NCBI GenBank assembly: GCA_937127245.1
Contig: CAKZLU010000041.1
Location: forward strand, 9,824-73,823
Length of the DNA: 64,000 bases
Direction of reading: 5' to 3'
Origin: an uncultured Actinomycetes bacterium
GTDB taxonomy: Bacteria > Actinomycetota > Geothermincolia > Fen-727 > JACVIW01
Shown here: positions 37,951-49,090 of the stretch, piece after piece
How the letters are laid out: each line of letters begins with the position of its first letter
Position numbering within the stretch: the first letter of the stretch is position 1
Position numbers and translations under genes: made by a program
The notes under the pieces: model-generated
Seen by the model: the letters and a program-made list of their open reading frames with translations, nothing else
Told to the model about the DNA's origin: nothing
The model's database searches: none

Positions 37951-39588
37951 ATGTTTGGGGGAAAGAATAAGATGCAGGATGAATCGAAGAGTACGGGAAA
38001 TCATCCGGGTACGACAGACGAAATTGGTTACAGCGAAGGCATGATGAAGTGCCTCGCAAGTCTCGGTTTGGATCCAGCCGAGGGAGTGGAAGTCCCCGAT
38101 TACGACGGGACGATAAAAGAATTCAATGAGGGAGATATCGTAGCCGGCACTGTGGTTAAGGTTGACAAGGAGGAGGTCCTTGTCGATATAGGCTACAAAT
38201 CGGAAGGAGTTATTCCAGCCAGGGAACTTTCAATAAGGTATGACGTAAAACCCTCCGATATAGTCTCTCCTGGAGATCAGCTTGAAGCGCTCGTTTTGCA
38301 AAAGGAAGACAAGGAAGGCAGGCTTATTCTGTCAAAGAAAAGGGCTCAGTACGAGCGAGCCTGGGGCAGTATCGAGAAAATCAAAGAGCAGGATGGGATT
38401 GTTGAAGGCGAAGTCATCGAGGTTGTAAAAGGTGGCCTGATACTTGATGTAGGTCTTAGGGGGTTCCTACCGGCTTCACTGATTGAGATGAGAAGGGTAA
38501 GAGACCTTAACCAGTATCTCGGAAAGAGACTCGAAGCCAAGATCATTGAGCTGGATAAGAACAGAAATAACGTGGTGCTTTCAAGGCGCTCTTACCTGGA
38601 AAACCAGAAGGCGAATGAAAGAAAAGAACTTTTGATGAGTCTTGAGAAGGGCTTCATAAGGAAGGGATGCGTTAGCAGCATCGTTAACTTTGGGGCATTT
38701 GTGGACTTGGGCGGCGTGGACGGGCTTGTGCATATATCCGAGATGTCCTGGACTCATATTGACCACCCGTCTGAAATTCTCAAAATAGGCGACGAAGTCG
38801 AAGTCATGGTTCTCGATGTCGATGTTGAGCGGGAAAGGGTTTCCCTGTCAATGAAGAAAGCGCAGGAGGACCCCTGGGAAAAACTCGCGAGAATGAATCC
38901 CCCGGGTTCTATTGTCACGGGTAAAGTCACAAAGATAGTGCCTTTCGGGGCGTTTGTGGAACTTGCCCCCGGGGTTGAGGGGCTTGTCCACATATCCGAG
39001 GTCTCCTGGTCGCGCGTGGAGGTGCCCGAGGAAGTTCTATCTATCGGTGATGAGATCGATGTTCGAATAATGGACATAGATCTCCAGCGCAGAAGGATCA
39101 GTTTGAGCAAAAAGCAGGTCACTGCGCCCGAGGAGCATCCCGCTGAGCTTCAGAAAGAGATGGCAACTGAACCTGAGCTGGTTGAGGCCGGCGAGATGCA
39201 AGATGAGAGTTTGGTCAACTCAGAAAGCGCCGCGGTTTTTGAGGCCGGCAATGAGCACAGGGAGATAATGTCTGCCGCAGCCGAGATCGCCGCTGAATAC
39301 AACCAAATTGAAGCCAAAGTCTCACGCTTGAGCAAGAACGAATCTTCTGACTATGTGGATGAGCAGACAAAAGCAGAGCCTCCGGAAATCGAAGAATCTC
39401 CAGCACCCCGTTCAGAAGAGGCAGATGAGGCGGCTTGCGAGAAAGAGGATTCCATCTTAAAAGAGCAGGGCGAAGGCAACGTCGAATCTGTAAGGGATGA
39501 TGTTATTCCTGAATCTAAGGAAGGTTCATCCGGGGAAGAATCGCTTGAGTCAATTCTTGCCGACATGAAGAACAGAGAGGACGCTTGA
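37951..39588 (+). CDS. rpsA: 30S ribosomal protein S1 with acidic C-terminal tail
   Basis: Four S1 (OB) repeats (GDIVAGTVVKVDKEEVLVDIGYKSEG..., GEVIEVVKGGLILDVG..., GCVSSIVNFGAFVDLGGVDGLVHISE..., GKVTKIVPFGAFVELAPGVEGLVHISE) are followed by ~130 aa rich in Glu/Ala/Ser. ATG 37972 is an alternative start. Confidence 0.9.
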   Translation: MFGGKNKMQDESKSTGNHPGTTDEIGYSEGMMKCLASLGLDPAEGVEVPDYDGTIKEFNEGDIVAGTVVKVDKEEVLVDIGYKSEGVIPARELSIRYDVKPSDIVSPGDQLEALVLQKEDKEGRLILSKKRAQYERAWGSIEKIKEQDGIVEGEVIEVVKGGLILDVGLRGFLPASLIEMRRVRDLNQYLGKRLEAKIIELDKNRNNVVLSRRSYLENQKANERKELLMSLEKGFIRKGCVSSIVNFGAFVDLGGVDGLVHISEMSWTHIDHPSEILKIGDEVEVMVLDVDVERERVSLSMKKAQEDPWEKLARMNPPGSIVTGKVTKIVPFGAFVELAPGVEGLVHISEVSWSRVEVPEEVLSIGDEIDVRIMDIDLQRRRISLSKKQVTAPEEHPAELQKEMATEPELVEAGEMQDESLVNSESAAVFEAGNEHREIMSAAAEIAAEYNQIEAKVSRLSKNESSDYVDEQTKAEPPEIEESPAPRSEEADEAACEKEDSILKEQGEGNVESVRDDVIPESKEGSSGEESLESILADMKNREDA

Positions 39589-40265
39589 GGAAGGCCGCTT
39601 TGGGTCTCTCATCTGTCTGGGGTCCTACCTGCGAAAGAATTCTTATTGTGGGACTTACCGGGGGAATCGCATCCGGTAAGTCTGAAGCTCTCCGCGAGTT
39701 TCGCCGGCTCGGAGCTTTCACAATCGACGCTGACGAAGTGGCGCGCGAGGTTGTTCTTCCGGGAAACGAGGCGTACGATCAGGTCGTGTCCGAGTTCGGC
39801 AATGGCGTGCTTGATGAATACGGTAATATAGACCGGAACAAACTTGCCGCTGTCGTCTTTGCGAATGAAGAGAAAAGACTCAAGCTGAACGCCATAACGC
39901 ATCCCGCCATATTCAAGGAAATAGCAAAGAGGTTAACTGATTTTTCATCTTCCCTGAAACCGAAAGACATTCCGGTCGCAATTGTGGATGCGGCTCTGAT
40001 AGTTGATGTGGGCGTTGCGAAACTCTTCGATCTCGTCGTGGTCGTCACTTCATCGGAGGAGGAGAGATTATCAAGGCTCGTGTCTAAAAGAGGGATGAGC
40101 AGGGAGGAAGCTCTCAAGAGGATAAAGAGCCAGGTGCCTGAGGAAAAAAGACTCAGCCTTGCGGATTTGGTAATTGACAACGACAAGGGTCTTGAAGAGT
40201 TGAAAAATGAAGTCAGAAGAGTCTGGTCGAAGATAGCGAAAAAAGCCCTGGAGCTGCGGGATTAA
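39585..40265 (+). CDS. coaE: Dephospho-CoA kinase
   Basis: ILIVGLTGGIASGKSEALREF is the P-loop. The polA-rpsA-coaE-uvrB order is conserved. The true start may be a few codons inside the ORF. Confidence 0.85.
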   Translation: MRKAALGLSSVWGPTCERILIVGLTGGIASGKSEALREFRRLGAFTIDADEVAREVVLPGNEAYDQVVSEFGNGVLDEYGNIDRNKLAAVVFANEEKRLKLNAITHPAIFKEIAKRLTDFSSSLKPKDIPVAIVDAALIVDVGVAKLFDLVVVVTSSEEERLSRLVSKRGMSREEALKRIKSQVPEEKRLSLADLVIDNDKGLEELKNEVRRVWSKIAKKALELRD

Positions 40266-40519
40266 GTGCTCGTTTCTGTCTCCTCGATTGTTGAGAGAAA
40301 CGGAAACATAAGGGTCAACCTGTAGGTGATTTCTGAATCTATTTCCTCCATGTACTTCTCATATACGGGACACCCCAGCTGCAGGCAAAGAAGCAGGCTC
40401 CTTGAGCCCCTTGGGTTTGAAATCTCCCAGCAGTGTTTCTTCTCCTGATAAGCCCTGCAGTTATGGTATTGTCCGGCTGAACATCTTTTTATTTCCCAGC
40501 AGTTTGACTTATCGCTCAT
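40262..40519 (-). CDS. Small Cys-rich protein with duplicated C-W-E-I motif (hypothetical)
   Basis: MSDKSNCWEIKRCSAGQYHNCRAYQEKKHCWEISNPRGSRSLLLCLQLGCPVYEKY...; AAGGTG SD 5 nt before this ATG (an upstream ATG at 40540 has no SD). Convergent with coaE, divergent from uvrB. Confidence 0.45.
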   Translation of the reverse strand: MSDKSNCWEIKRCSAGQYHNCRAYQEKKHCWEISNPRGSRSLLLCLQLGCPVYEKYMEEIDSEITYRLTLMFPFLSTIEETETST

Positions 40520-40610
40520 CTCGGCACCTTTTTCGTTCATGATTCTCTATGAATCTAACATGAATCCCGTTGGCTATCAAATGCCTTGTGAAAACGACCC
40601 GCTTTGGTTG

Positions 40611-40639
40611 TTGAATAGGTTCATCTCTCGGTCTAAAAT
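40611..40639 (+). promoter_or_regulatory. Candidate sigma70 promoter for uvrB (TTGAAT-17-TAAAAT)
   Basis: Hexamers at 40611-40616 and 40634-40639 with a 17-nt spacer, about 65 nt upstream of the uvrB TTG start. No LexA/Cheo-type box was recognised. Confidence 0.4.
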
Positions 40640-40704
40640 CGAAAGAAAGGAATCCCCTGTGCTTTGGGTTACTCTTTTTTGGAGAACCCTGGGAGGGCTT
40701 TGAT

Positions 40705-42690
40705 TTGCCCAAGTTCAGATTAAAAACCGCGTTCAAACCCGAAGGTGATCAGCCTCGAGCAATAGATGGTCTTGTCGGGGGCTTGAGAGACGGGGAAAGG
40801 TTTCAGGTGCTGCTGGGCGTCACCGGCAGTGGGAAGACTTTTACGATGGCAAAAGTGATCGAAGCCGTTCAGCGTCCCGCGCTAGTCCTTGCCCCTAACA
40901 AGACTCTCGCGGCTCAACTCTATTCGGAGTTCAGGGAGTTCTTCCCCGAAAATGCCGTCGAATACTTCGTCAGTTACTACGACTATTATCAGCCGGAAGC
41001 CTATATTCCTTCGACCGACACCTACATAGAAAAGGATTCCTCGATCAATGATGAAATAGACAGACTTAGACACGCGGCTACCAGCGCTCTCCTTTCCAGG
41101 GAGGACGTGATAATCGTGGCGAGCGTTTCCTGCATATATGGGCTCGGCTCGCCCGATGAGTATTTCAACAGGATGCTGCATCTCGAAACGGGATGCTCCT
41201 ATGAAAGAGAGCAGATATTGGAGAAACTCGTTGACATAAGGTATGAAAGAAATGATGTGGCTCCCGAGAGAGGGAATTTCCGCGTTCGGGGTGACGTGAT
41301 TGACATTTTTCCTGCTTACTGGGACAAAGACATGATAAGGATTGAAATGTTTGATGAGACTGTCGAGTCTGTCAAGGAAATAGACCCGCTGACCGGGGAA
41401 ATCAAATCCAGATTGGACAGGGTTGTCATATGGCCTGCAACTCACTTCCTCACCCCCACTGACAGGCTCTTTCAAGCGATTGAATCGATAGAGATGGAAC
41501 TTGCAGAGCGGCTTAAGGAACTTGAGTCGCTTGGAAAAATACTTGAGGCGCAGAGGCTTAAGATGAGGACGATGTACGACATTCAGATGTTAAAGGAGAC
41601 CGGTTACTGCCACGGGATTGAAAACTACAGCAGGCACTTATCCGGCAAGAAACCGGGCGAACCTCCTTATACGCTTATCGATTTTTTTCCTCCGGGTTTC
41701 CTCACCTTTATTGACGAATCTCATATAACAGTTCCTCAGCTTGCGGGTATGCTCCACGGTGACAGGTCGAGAAAAGAAACGCTGGTTGAATACGGATTCA
41801 GGCTTCCCTCAGCGCTTGACAACAGACCGTTGTCTCAGGAGGAGTTTTTCGAAAAGGTTGGACAGGTTATCTTCGTGAGCGCCACGCCCTCTGACTGGGA
41901 GATAGAAAGAAGCTCGAGGATAGTCGAGCAGGTGATAAGACCTACAGGTTTGGTTGACCCGGAAGTCGAGGTTAGACCGGCTAACGGTCAGGTTGACGAC
42001 CTCATATCAGAGATCAAGAAGAGAACAGAAAGAAATGAACGCGTGCTCGTCACAACGCTCACGAAGAAAATGGCAGAGAGTCTCGCGGAGTACTTAAGCG
42101 AGATGGGAATGAAGGTGAGATACCTCCATTCTGAGATTGGAACGGTTGAAAGAGTGGAGATACTAAGGGACCTTAGAGCCGGAGTTTTTGATGTTATCGT
42201 CGGAATTAACCTTCTAAGAGAAGGTCTTGACCTTCCAGAGGTTTCACTGGTTGCGATTCTGGATGCCGACAAGCAGGGTTTTCTCAGAAGCGAGAAGAGT
42301 CTGATACAGACAATGGGCAGAGCGAGCAGAAACGTTAACGGCAGGGTAATCTTGTACGCGGAAGAATGTTCGGAGGCTATGAGAAAAGCCATTGATGAGA
42401 CGAAAAGAAGAAGGAATCTGCAGCTCGAATACAACAGGATGCACGGCATCAACCCGCAAACAATACAGAAAGAGGTCAGGGATATACTTGACGTGGCTAT
42501 TTCGGGGCAGAGGGATATCGCCTCCGATATCGTCATGCGGGCGAGAAAGCTACCGGTTGACAAGGTCCAGAGGCTTATCATGAATCTCCAGGAAGAGATG
42601 CGCATACTTGCAGAGGAATTGCGCTTCGAAGAAGCCGCCAAGGTGAGGGACCAGATCAAAAAAATCACGGAGGAGTTGCTTGTTAGTTGA
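40705..42690 (+). CDS. uvrB: Excinuclease ABC subunit B
   Basis: [23 protein letters not shown], Walker A GVTGSGKT, the helicase motifs and the C-terminal UVR domain ([22 protein letters not shown]). TTG start with a GGGAGGG SD. Confidence 0.95.
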   Translation: MPKFRLKTAFKPEGDQPRAIDGLVGGLRDGERFQVLLGVTGSGKTFTMAKVIEAVQRPALVLAPNKTLAAQLYSEFREFFPENAVEYFVSYYDYYQPEAYIPSTDTYIEKDSSINDEIDRLRHAATSALLSREDVIIVASVSCIYGLGSPDEYFNRMLHLETGCSYEREQILEKLVDIRYERNDVAPERGNFRVRGDVIDIFPAYWDKDMIRIEMFDETVESVKEIDPLTGEIKSRLDRVVIWPATHFLTPTDRLFQAIESIEMELAERLKELESLGKILEAQRLKMRTMYDIQMLKETGYCHGIENYSRHLSGKKPGEPPYTLIDFFPPGFLTFIDESHITVPQLAGMLHGDRSRKETLVEYGFRLPSALDNRPLSQEEFFEKVGQVIFVSATPSDWEIERSSRIVEQVIRPTGLVDPEVEVRPANGQVDDLISEIKKRTERNERVLVTTLTKKMAESLAEYLSEMGMKVRYLHSEIGTVERVEILRDLRAGVFDVIVGINLLREGLDLPEVSLVAILDADKQGFLRSEKSLIQTMGRASRNVNGRVILYAEECSEAMRKAIDETKRRRNLQLEYNRMHGINPQTIQKEVRDILDVAISGQRDIASDIVMRARKLPVDKVQRLIMNLQEEMRILAEELRFEEAAKVRDQIKKITEELLVS

Positions 42691-45569
42691 GCCAGGGATT
42701 CATAAGAATAAGGGGAGCAAGGGAGCATAACCTAAAAGACATAAATCTCGATATCCCTCGCGACAAACTGGTCGTGATGACCGGGATAAGCGGGTCCGGG
42801 AAATCATCCCTCGCCTTTGACACAATATACGCCGAGGGGCAAAGGCGTTACGTCGAATCATTATCCGCGTACGCAAGGCAGTTTCTGGGACAACTCGATA
42901 AACCCGACGTTGACCTGATTGAGGGTTTATCCCCGGCAATTTCCATTGATCAAAAGAGCGGGACTACCAACCCGAGGTCAACGGTGGGAACGGTGACCGA
43001 GATTTATGACTACCTGCGCGTTTTGTACGCCCGTATCGGCGATGCCCACTGCTATATTTGCGGCAAAACTCTTTCCAGACAATCCGCGGGACAGATAACG
43101 GACAGGATTCTTTCATATCCAACCGGAAGCAAGTTGGTGATTCTTGCTCCGCTTGTGAGGGGGAGAAAAGGTGAGCATGCCCACGTGTTCGACTCGCTCA
43201 GAGAGAAAGGGTATGTAAGGGTAATGGTAGACGGAGAAATGAGGGACCTCTCAGAGGAAATAAAACTCGACAAGAAAAAATCCCACGAGATACTTTCCGT
43301 AGTGGACAGGCTCGTGATCAAAGAGGGAGTGAGAACGAGGGTCGCGGAGTCTGTGGAAGCAGCGCTCCAGCTCGGTGAAGGTCTGGTTTTGGTTCAGGAT
43401 GAGAACGGAAGAAGAGAAAATTTCAGCCAGGAATTAGCATGTATTGAATGCGGGGTGAACTTCCCTGAGATTTCCCCGAGGCTCTTTTCGTTCAATAGCC
43501 CTTACGGGGCGTGTAAAGCATGCGGCGGGCTTGGTCACCGGCAGGAAATCGACCCCGATCTGGTAATCCCTGATCGGGAAAGAAGCATCCTGGAAGGGGC
43601 GATAGCCCCGTGGGAAGCGACGAATCTTCCTTACTTTTATGAAATTGTCGAGGGGCTTGCCAGAAAATACGGTTTTAGCCTGGATGAGCCTTTCTCAAAA
43701 ATCGACGAGGAAGCGCAGAGGGCGATTCTCTACGGTTGCGGAAGAACTGAAGTGCCAGTAGTAAGGCGGGGCCTGGACGGTCGAAGAAAAGCGTATTCCG
43801 TTCTGTGGGAAGGGGTCATCCCGATGCTTGAGCGCAGATACCACGAGACCGATTCAGACTACGCCCGATGGAGGATTTCAACCTACATGAGCGTAAGACC
43901 ATGCCCCTCATGCAACGGGGCAAGGTTGCGGCCGGAAAGTCTCGCCGTGAAGGTGGGCGGCATTTCCATCGCGGAGTTTTGCGATATGACGGTCGAAAAG
44001 GGCCTCGAGTTTATATGGTCTCTCGATCTGGATGAAAAAAAGAAGACGATAGCATCACGGTTGCTCAAGGAAATAGAGTCGAGGATGCAGTTTATGGTTG
44101 ATGTTGGACTCGAATACCTGACTCTTTCGCGTGCTGCCTCTACTCTTGCGGGCGGGGAGTCACAGCGCATCAGGCTTGCCACTCAGATAGGCTCAGGGCT
44201 GGTCGGCGTTTTATACATACTTGACGAGCCGAGCGTTGGACTTCACAAAAGAGATAACAGCAGACTGCTTTCCACCCTGAAGAGACTCAGGGACCTGGGA
44301 AATACCGTGATCGTTGTGGAACATGATGAGGACACTATAAGGGCGGCGGACCACATAGTGGATATCGGTCCGGGGGCGGGGATTCACGGCGGCAGGATTG
44401 TCGCTCAGGGTACGATATCTGACATTATCAGTTCTAAGGATTCGATAACGGGAAAATATTTGAGCGGTGAATTGAAAATTGATGTTCCATCAAAGAGAAG
44501 AAGACCTAACGGAAAAAGCATTATTGTTCGCGAAGCAATTGAGCACAACCTGAAAGGAATAGATGTAGAATTTCCGCTCGGTCTGTTCATCTGTGTTACA
44601 GGTGTGAGCGGTTCTGGGAAGAGCACCCTTATAAGCGACATTCTCTACAGGGGTCTAAAAAGAAAACTCACTTCATCCAGAACACCGCCCGGCAGGCATC
44701 GTTGTATTGAGGGAACGGAGTTGATTGATAAGGTGGTCAACATCGACCAGTCGCCCATCGGCAGAACGCCGAGGTCGAATGCGGCGACTTACACTAAAGT
44801 CTTCGATCACATCAGGGCTCTTTTCGCAAGCACGCCCCAGGCAAAGGTGAGGGGGTATCGCCCCGGGAGGTTCAGCTTTAACGTGCCCGGGGGGAGGTGC
44901 GAGGCTTGTCATGGTGAGGGGATGGTAAGAATAGAGATGCATTTCCTCCCCGATGTCTATATCACTTGCGAGCACTGCAAGGGCAAGAGATTCAACAGGG
45001 AAACACTTGAGGTTCGTTACAGGGGAAAGAATATCCATGACGTTCTCGAGATGACCGTCGAGGAAGCCATGGAGCATTTTGAGAACATTCCACCGATAAT
45101 AAGGCAGCTTGAGATATTAAGCGATGTGGGGCTCGGATATCTGAGACTCGGTCAGCCTGCCACGACGCTATCTGGCGGTGAGGCGCAAAGGGTCAAGCTT
45201 GCGCGTGAACTTTCCAAAAGACCTACCGGAAAAACGGTGTACCTTTTAGATGAGCCCACGACAGGGCTCCATTTCGATGACATAAAAAAGCTGCTTGATG
45301 TTTTAGACAGGCTCGTCGAATGGGGCAACATGGTGATAGTCGTCGAACATAACATGGACGTGATAAAGTTTGCCGACTACATCATCGATCTTGGTCCCGA
45401 AGGGGGAAACAAGGGTGGAGAAATAGTAGCGTGCGGCGCGCCCGAGGAAATAGCAAGATGCGAGCGCTCATACACCGGAAAATATCTTGCGAAAGTGTTA
45501 AGGAAAGACCAAGAACGCCTGGCGACTCGCGCAGGTGCCGCTCAGGGCGCTGTGGTTAAGACTTCGTGA
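42687..45569 (+). CDS. uvrA: Excinuclease ABC subunit A
   Basis: [14 protein letters not shown], two ABC ATPase modules ([12 protein letters not shown]; [11 protein letters not shown]), zinc fingers CxxC (CYICG, CIECG, CPSCNG, CEACHG...CEHCKG). Overlaps the uvrB stop. Confidence 0.95.
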   Translation: MSQGFIRIRGAREHNLKDINLDIPRDKLVVMTGISGSGKSSLAFDTIYAEGQRRYVESLSAYARQFLGQLDKPDVDLIEGLSPAISIDQKSGTTNPRSTVGTVTEIYDYLRVLYARIGDAHCYICGKTLSRQSAGQITDRILSYPTGSKLVILAPLVRGRKGEHAHVFDSLREKGYVRVMVDGEMRDLSEEIKLDKKKSHEILSVVDRLVIKEGVRTRVAESVEAALQLGEGLVLVQDENGRRENFSQELACIECGVNFPEISPRLFSFNSPYGACKACGGLGHRQEIDPDLVIPDRERSILEGAIAPWEATNLPYFYEIVEGLARKYGFSLDEPFSKIDEEAQRAILYGCGRTEVPVVRRGLDGRRKAYSVLWEGVIPMLERRYHETDSDYARWRISTYMSVRPCPSCNGARLRPESLAVKVGGISIAEFCDMTVEKGLEFIWSLDLDEKKKTIASRLLKEIESRMQFMVDVGLEYLTLSRAASTLAGGESQRIRLATQIGSGLVGVLYILDEPSVGLHKRDNSRLLSTLKRLRDLGNTVIVVEHDEDTIRAADHIVDIGPGAGIHGGRIVAQGTISDIISSKDSITGKYLSGELKIDVPSKRRRPNGKSIIVREAIEHNLKGIDVEFPLGLFICVTGVSGSGKSTLISDILYRGLKRKLTSSRTPPGRHRCIEGTELIDKVVNIDQSPIGRTPRSNAATYTKVFDHIRALFASTPQAKVRGYRPGRFSFNVPGGRCEACHGEGMVRIEMHFLPDVYITCEHCKGKRFNRETLEVRYRGKNIHDVLEMTVEEAMEHFENIPPIIRQLEILSDVGLGYLRLGQPATTLSGGEAQRVKLARELSKRPTGKTVYLLDEPTTGLHFDDIKKLLDVLDRLVEWGNMVIVVEHNMDVIKFADYIIDLGPEGGNKGGEIVACGAPEEIARCERSYTGKYLAKVLRKDQERLATRAGAAQGAVVKTS

Positions 45570-45615
45570 ATCAGGGAATGATGGGTGATTTTCTAACAGA
45601 TGCGGGTGCAATCAT

Positions 45616-47562
45616 ATGGCGGGTGAAGGTGTCTGGAAAACCGGTATAGATTTTATCCCAGAATCTCCCGGAGTGTACGTTTTTAAGGACGCCAAAGGCC
45701 GCGTAATATACGTTGGAAAGGCAAAATCCCTCAGGGACAGGTTAAAAGCGTACGTACAACCCGCGCAGCATTCCGATTACAAAGGCAGGGCTTTAAGGGA
45801 CCAGATCGATGGTTTTGAGGTCACGGTTTGCCCAAGCGAAGTCGAGGCTTTGATACTTGAAGCGGAGCTGATAAAGAAATATAAGCCGAGATTCAACGTT
45901 CTGTTACGCGACGACAAAAGCTACCCCTACATAGCCATAACCCTTTCAGAAAGATTCCCGAGGGCGATACTGACGCGTGGGCGAAAGGTGCCCGGTTATA
46001 AGTATTACGGACCCTACGTTAACGCTCAAGCGGCGCGTAGAACGCTGGCTTTGCTGCAAAGGGTTTTTCCCTTGAGACACTGCAAAGGCGCTCACCCCGG
46101 AGAAAGGGGGAGGTCTCCCTGTCTTTATTACGAGATGGAAATGTGCATGGGACCATGCAGGGGGGATATTGATAGGGATTCATACGCCCGTGAGGTTGGA
46201 TCGCTGTGTCAGTTTCTTGAAGGAAAACACCAGACTTTTTTGAAAAATCTCGAACTTGAAATGAAGCGGGCGGCTCAGAACATGGAATTTGAGAGGGCTG
46301 CAAGAATAAGAAATCAGATAGAGGCTGCGCGGAAAGTTCTTTCGCACGGAAACAGGTCTTCAACAGGTTTGGAGGATTATGATGTGATAGGTTACTCAAG
46401 AGATGAGCTTGAAGCGGCTTTTGTTGTTGCAAGGTATCGTTCCGGCGCGCACCTGGGCAATTTCTGCATGTACATCAAGTTGTCCACTGAAATAACCGAC
46501 AAAGAGCTCGTTACTGAATTCATTAAGAGGTATTACGCCGATTCCAGCTCGATACCGCCTCTTGTGGTGGTTTCCGTAAAACCTCAAGACGAGTCCGTTG
46601 AGGATTGGCTCTCCTCACTTAGGTCTTCCCGCGCGGAAATACGAGTCCCCTTGAGGGGAACCAAAAGGAAGAACCTTGCGCTGGCGTGTGAAAACGCTGC
46701 TCTCGCGCTTGAGAAGTCCAAGGCGGAGAGAATGTCTGACCGTGAAAATCTTGATAAGGCTTTAAAGGAATTAACACTTTTGCTCGGGCTTGGACGCTAC
46801 CCGTTGAGGATTGAATGTTACGACGTATCCACGATGATGGGTACCGCGTCTGTCGGATCAATGGTTGTATTCGAGGATGGTATCCCCAGGCGCTCTCACT
46901 ACAGGAAATTCAAGATAAAACATACCCCTGGAATAAATGACGTAGGCATGATGAGCGAAATACTCATGCGAAGGTTTAAAAGTCTTACAGAAGAACCGCG
47001 TAAAGGAGAAGAGAAAAGCAAGGTAGTCGATTCAAGTTTCGCCAGGAAACCAGACCTAGTTATTGTGGATGGCGGAAAAGGGCAACTCGGTGCGGCATTG
47101 AAGGTTTTTGAGAAAATTGGGCTCGCAGGTACGGAATTCGCGGCTCTGGCAAAAAGGCTTGAAGAGATTTACAGACCTGGTATTGATGAGCCCATAATCC
47201 TTCCGAGAAACTCAGAAGCTCTCTTCTTAGTTCAGAGGATCAGGGACGAGGCACACAGATTTGCTGTTTCTTATCATAAGAAACTCATGGAAAAGCGAAT
47301 CTCAGAGTCATGGCTGGACGATGTTGCCGGGGTGGGACCGGGTCGTAAGAGAAAACTGATTGAGCATTTTGGCTCACCATCAAAGGTGGCCGAGGCTTCT
47401 TTGGATGAGCTCAAGCGTGTGCCCGGCATACCTTCGAACGTTGCCAAGGCACTGCTTTCTGCCGCGCGTTCGCTACATAAATATGAAAGCAAAGAGAGCT
47501 CTGGAAGTAAGTTTCGCAGAACTGATTCACCTTGGAATGAAGCAAAGGATGAAGGTCATTAA
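45616..47562 (+). CDS. uvrC: Excinuclease ABC subunit C
   Basis: GIY-YIG (GVYVFKDAKGRVIYVGKAKSLRDRL), the UVR domain, the RNase H-like endonuclease domain and the C-terminal HhH motifs. Confidence 0.95.
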   Translation: MAGEGVWKTGIDFIPESPGVYVFKDAKGRVIYVGKAKSLRDRLKAYVQPAQHSDYKGRALRDQIDGFEVTVCPSEVEALILEAELIKKYKPRFNVLLRDDKSYPYIAITLSERFPRAILTRGRKVPGYKYYGPYVNAQAARRTLALLQRVFPLRHCKGAHPGERGRSPCLYYEMEMCMGPCRGDIDRDSYAREVGSLCQFLEGKHQTFLKNLELEMKRAAQNMEFERAARIRNQIEAARKVLSHGNRSSTGLEDYDVIGYSRDELEAAFVVARYRSGAHLGNFCMYIKLSTEITDKELVTEFIKRYYADSSSIPPLVVVSVKPQDESVEDWLSSLRSSRAEIRVPLRGTKRKNLALACENAALALEKSKAERMSDRENLDKALKELTLLLGLGRYPLRIECYDVSTMMGTASVGSMVVFEDGIPRRSHYRKFKIKHTPGINDVGMMSEILMRRFKSLTEEPRKGEEKSKVVDSSFARKPDLVIVDGGKGQLGAALKVFEKIGLAGTEFAALAKRLEEIYRPGIDEPIILPRNSEALFLVQRIRDEAHRFAVSYHKKLMEKRISESWLDDVAGVGPGRKRKLIEHFGSPSKVAEASLDELKRVPGIPSNVAKALLSAARSLHKYESKESSGSKFRRTDSPWNEAKDEGH

Positions 47563-48118
47563 CACGCCACATATCGGCGAGCTTGTTAATGTAACTTACG
47601 CCGTCGGAGAAATTTTATTTGAGGCTGTTTTCTCTTCGCGGGGAATTCGAATGCTTTATCCGAGAGGACCGTTACCGGTGAACTTGGAAATGAGAGCGAA
47701 TGCAATACCGGTGTCTTTTGAGATTCACAGAGCCGGATTTCCTGCCGAGCCTATGGGAACCCACATTCGACAGGTGGCCCGGTATCTCGGGATGCTGTTT
47801 AATTCGACCAAACCTGATTTGATTCCGCAATTTGACCTTTCAGGTCTTTCAAAAACCCAGGCGAGGGTTTTGACAAACACCCTGAAGATTCCTTTTGGCG
47901 AGACTCGAAGCTATTTTTGGCTTACAGAATTATCCGGCATACCTAAAGGATACAGGGCTATCGGTCGCTTGCTCGGTGGGAATCCAGTTCCTATTCTAAT
48001 ACCGTGCCATCGTGTCATAAGAGCGAACGGGGAGATTGGCGGGTACCGTCTCGGTGTTGATTTTAAAAAAACGCTTCTGGAACTTGAGCGAAAAGCATTA
48101 AAGAGGCAAGAATCTTAG
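47547..48118 (+). CDS. ogt: Methylated-DNA--protein-cysteine S-methyltransferase
   Basis: The active site is IPCHRVI, with IPFGETRSY and GYRAIGRLLGGNPVPILIP. The reading frame opens at 47360 inside uvrC; the likely start is ATG 47547 (or 47535), overlapping the last codons of uvrC. Confidence 0.8.
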
Positions 48119-48226
48119 AGATCCTCATCGCGGGTCTTGTTGCGCGCAGGTCAACGATATAAGAGACTTACTTGTAGTAGAGGGAATCTTAAGCGTTTCA
48201 GGTTTTTGAAAAACGGGGAAACGAAA

Positions 48227-49090
48227 ATGAAAGACGTGGTGATCATAACAGGCATGTCTGGCGCGGGGAAAACCCTTGCGCTTAAGTGTATGGAAGATAT
48301 CGGCTATTACGCGATAGACAATCTTCCCGCACCTCTTCTTGTGGATATGGTGAGCATGATGGAAGCAAATCCGGAAAAATTCGGGAAAATCGCCGCGGTA
48401 ATGGATGTTCGTGGGGGACGTTCCTTTGAAGAGCTTTTTGATTTACTCGAGGAACTGAAACGGAAAGGAATCGATTATTTCATTCTTTTTCTTGATGCCT
48501 CAGACGAAGTCCTGGTTAGGAGATTCTCTGAGACAAGAAGGATTCACCCTCTGGAAAGCGAGGGACTGAGAATCGCGGACACGATCTCTCGGGAGAGGGA
48601 GATACTCAAACGCCTGCACGAGAACGCCGATGTTGTTGTCGATACGTCGTATCTGAACGTTTATCAGCTTCGCGAGACGCTAAAAGGGATCATAACCTCC
48701 GACCGAAAAGGGGTGGGGATCTCGGTTACAGTTGTCTCCTTTGGCTATAAGTTTGGCATACCTCTCGATGCGGACATCATCATGGACTTAAGATTCCTTC
48801 CAAACCCATACTGGATTGAAGAATTGCAGGGTTTAAGTGGTCTTGATAAGAGGGTCGCCGATTATGTAACTAATTTTCCCGAGGCCAAGGATTTCACCCA
48901 ACGCTTCGCGGAAATACTTTTTGAGCTTTTGCCGCTGTACGCCAAAGAACACAAGCTGCATTTGAACGTTGGATTTGGGTGTACGGGGGGAAGGCATCGC
49001 TCGGTTGTGGTCGCCGAGGAGATCCGCAGGATTCTTGAAGAAAAGGGTTATAAAGTTAATGTGGTCCACAGAGACATTGACAGGAAATGA
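48227..49090 (+). CDS. rapZ: RNase adapter protein RapZ (YvcJ family P-loop NTPase)
   Basis: VVIITGMSGAGKTLALKCMEDIGYYAIDNLP and the C-terminal GCTGGRHRSV motif. Confidence 0.9.
   Translation: MKDVVIITGMSGAGKTLALKCMEDIGYYAIDNLPAPLLVDMVSMMEANPEKFGKIAAVMDVRGGRSFEELFDLLEELKRKGIDYFILFLDASDEVLVRRFSETRRIHPLESEGLRIADTISREREILKRLHENADVVVDTSYLNVYQLRETLKGIITSDRKGVGISVTVVSFGYKFGIPLDADIIMDLRFLPNPYWIEELQGLSGLDKRVADYVTNFPEAKDFTQRFAEILFELLPLYAKEHKLHLNVGFGCTGGRHRSVVVAEEIRRILEEKGYKVNVVHRDIDRK

Noticed and set aside
40560-40704. LexA/SOS box upstream of uvrB.
   Set aside because: Neither the actinobacterial TCGAAC-N4-GTTCGA nor the Cheo GAAC-N4-GTTC palindrome is present. Only the sigma70-like hexamers were found.
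47360-47546. Long 5' extension of the ogt ORF overlapping 200 nt of uvrC.
   Set aside because: The extension has no conserved MGMT N-terminal features and lies inside the uvrC HhH-domain coding region in another frame. ATG 47547 gives a canonical-length Ogt.
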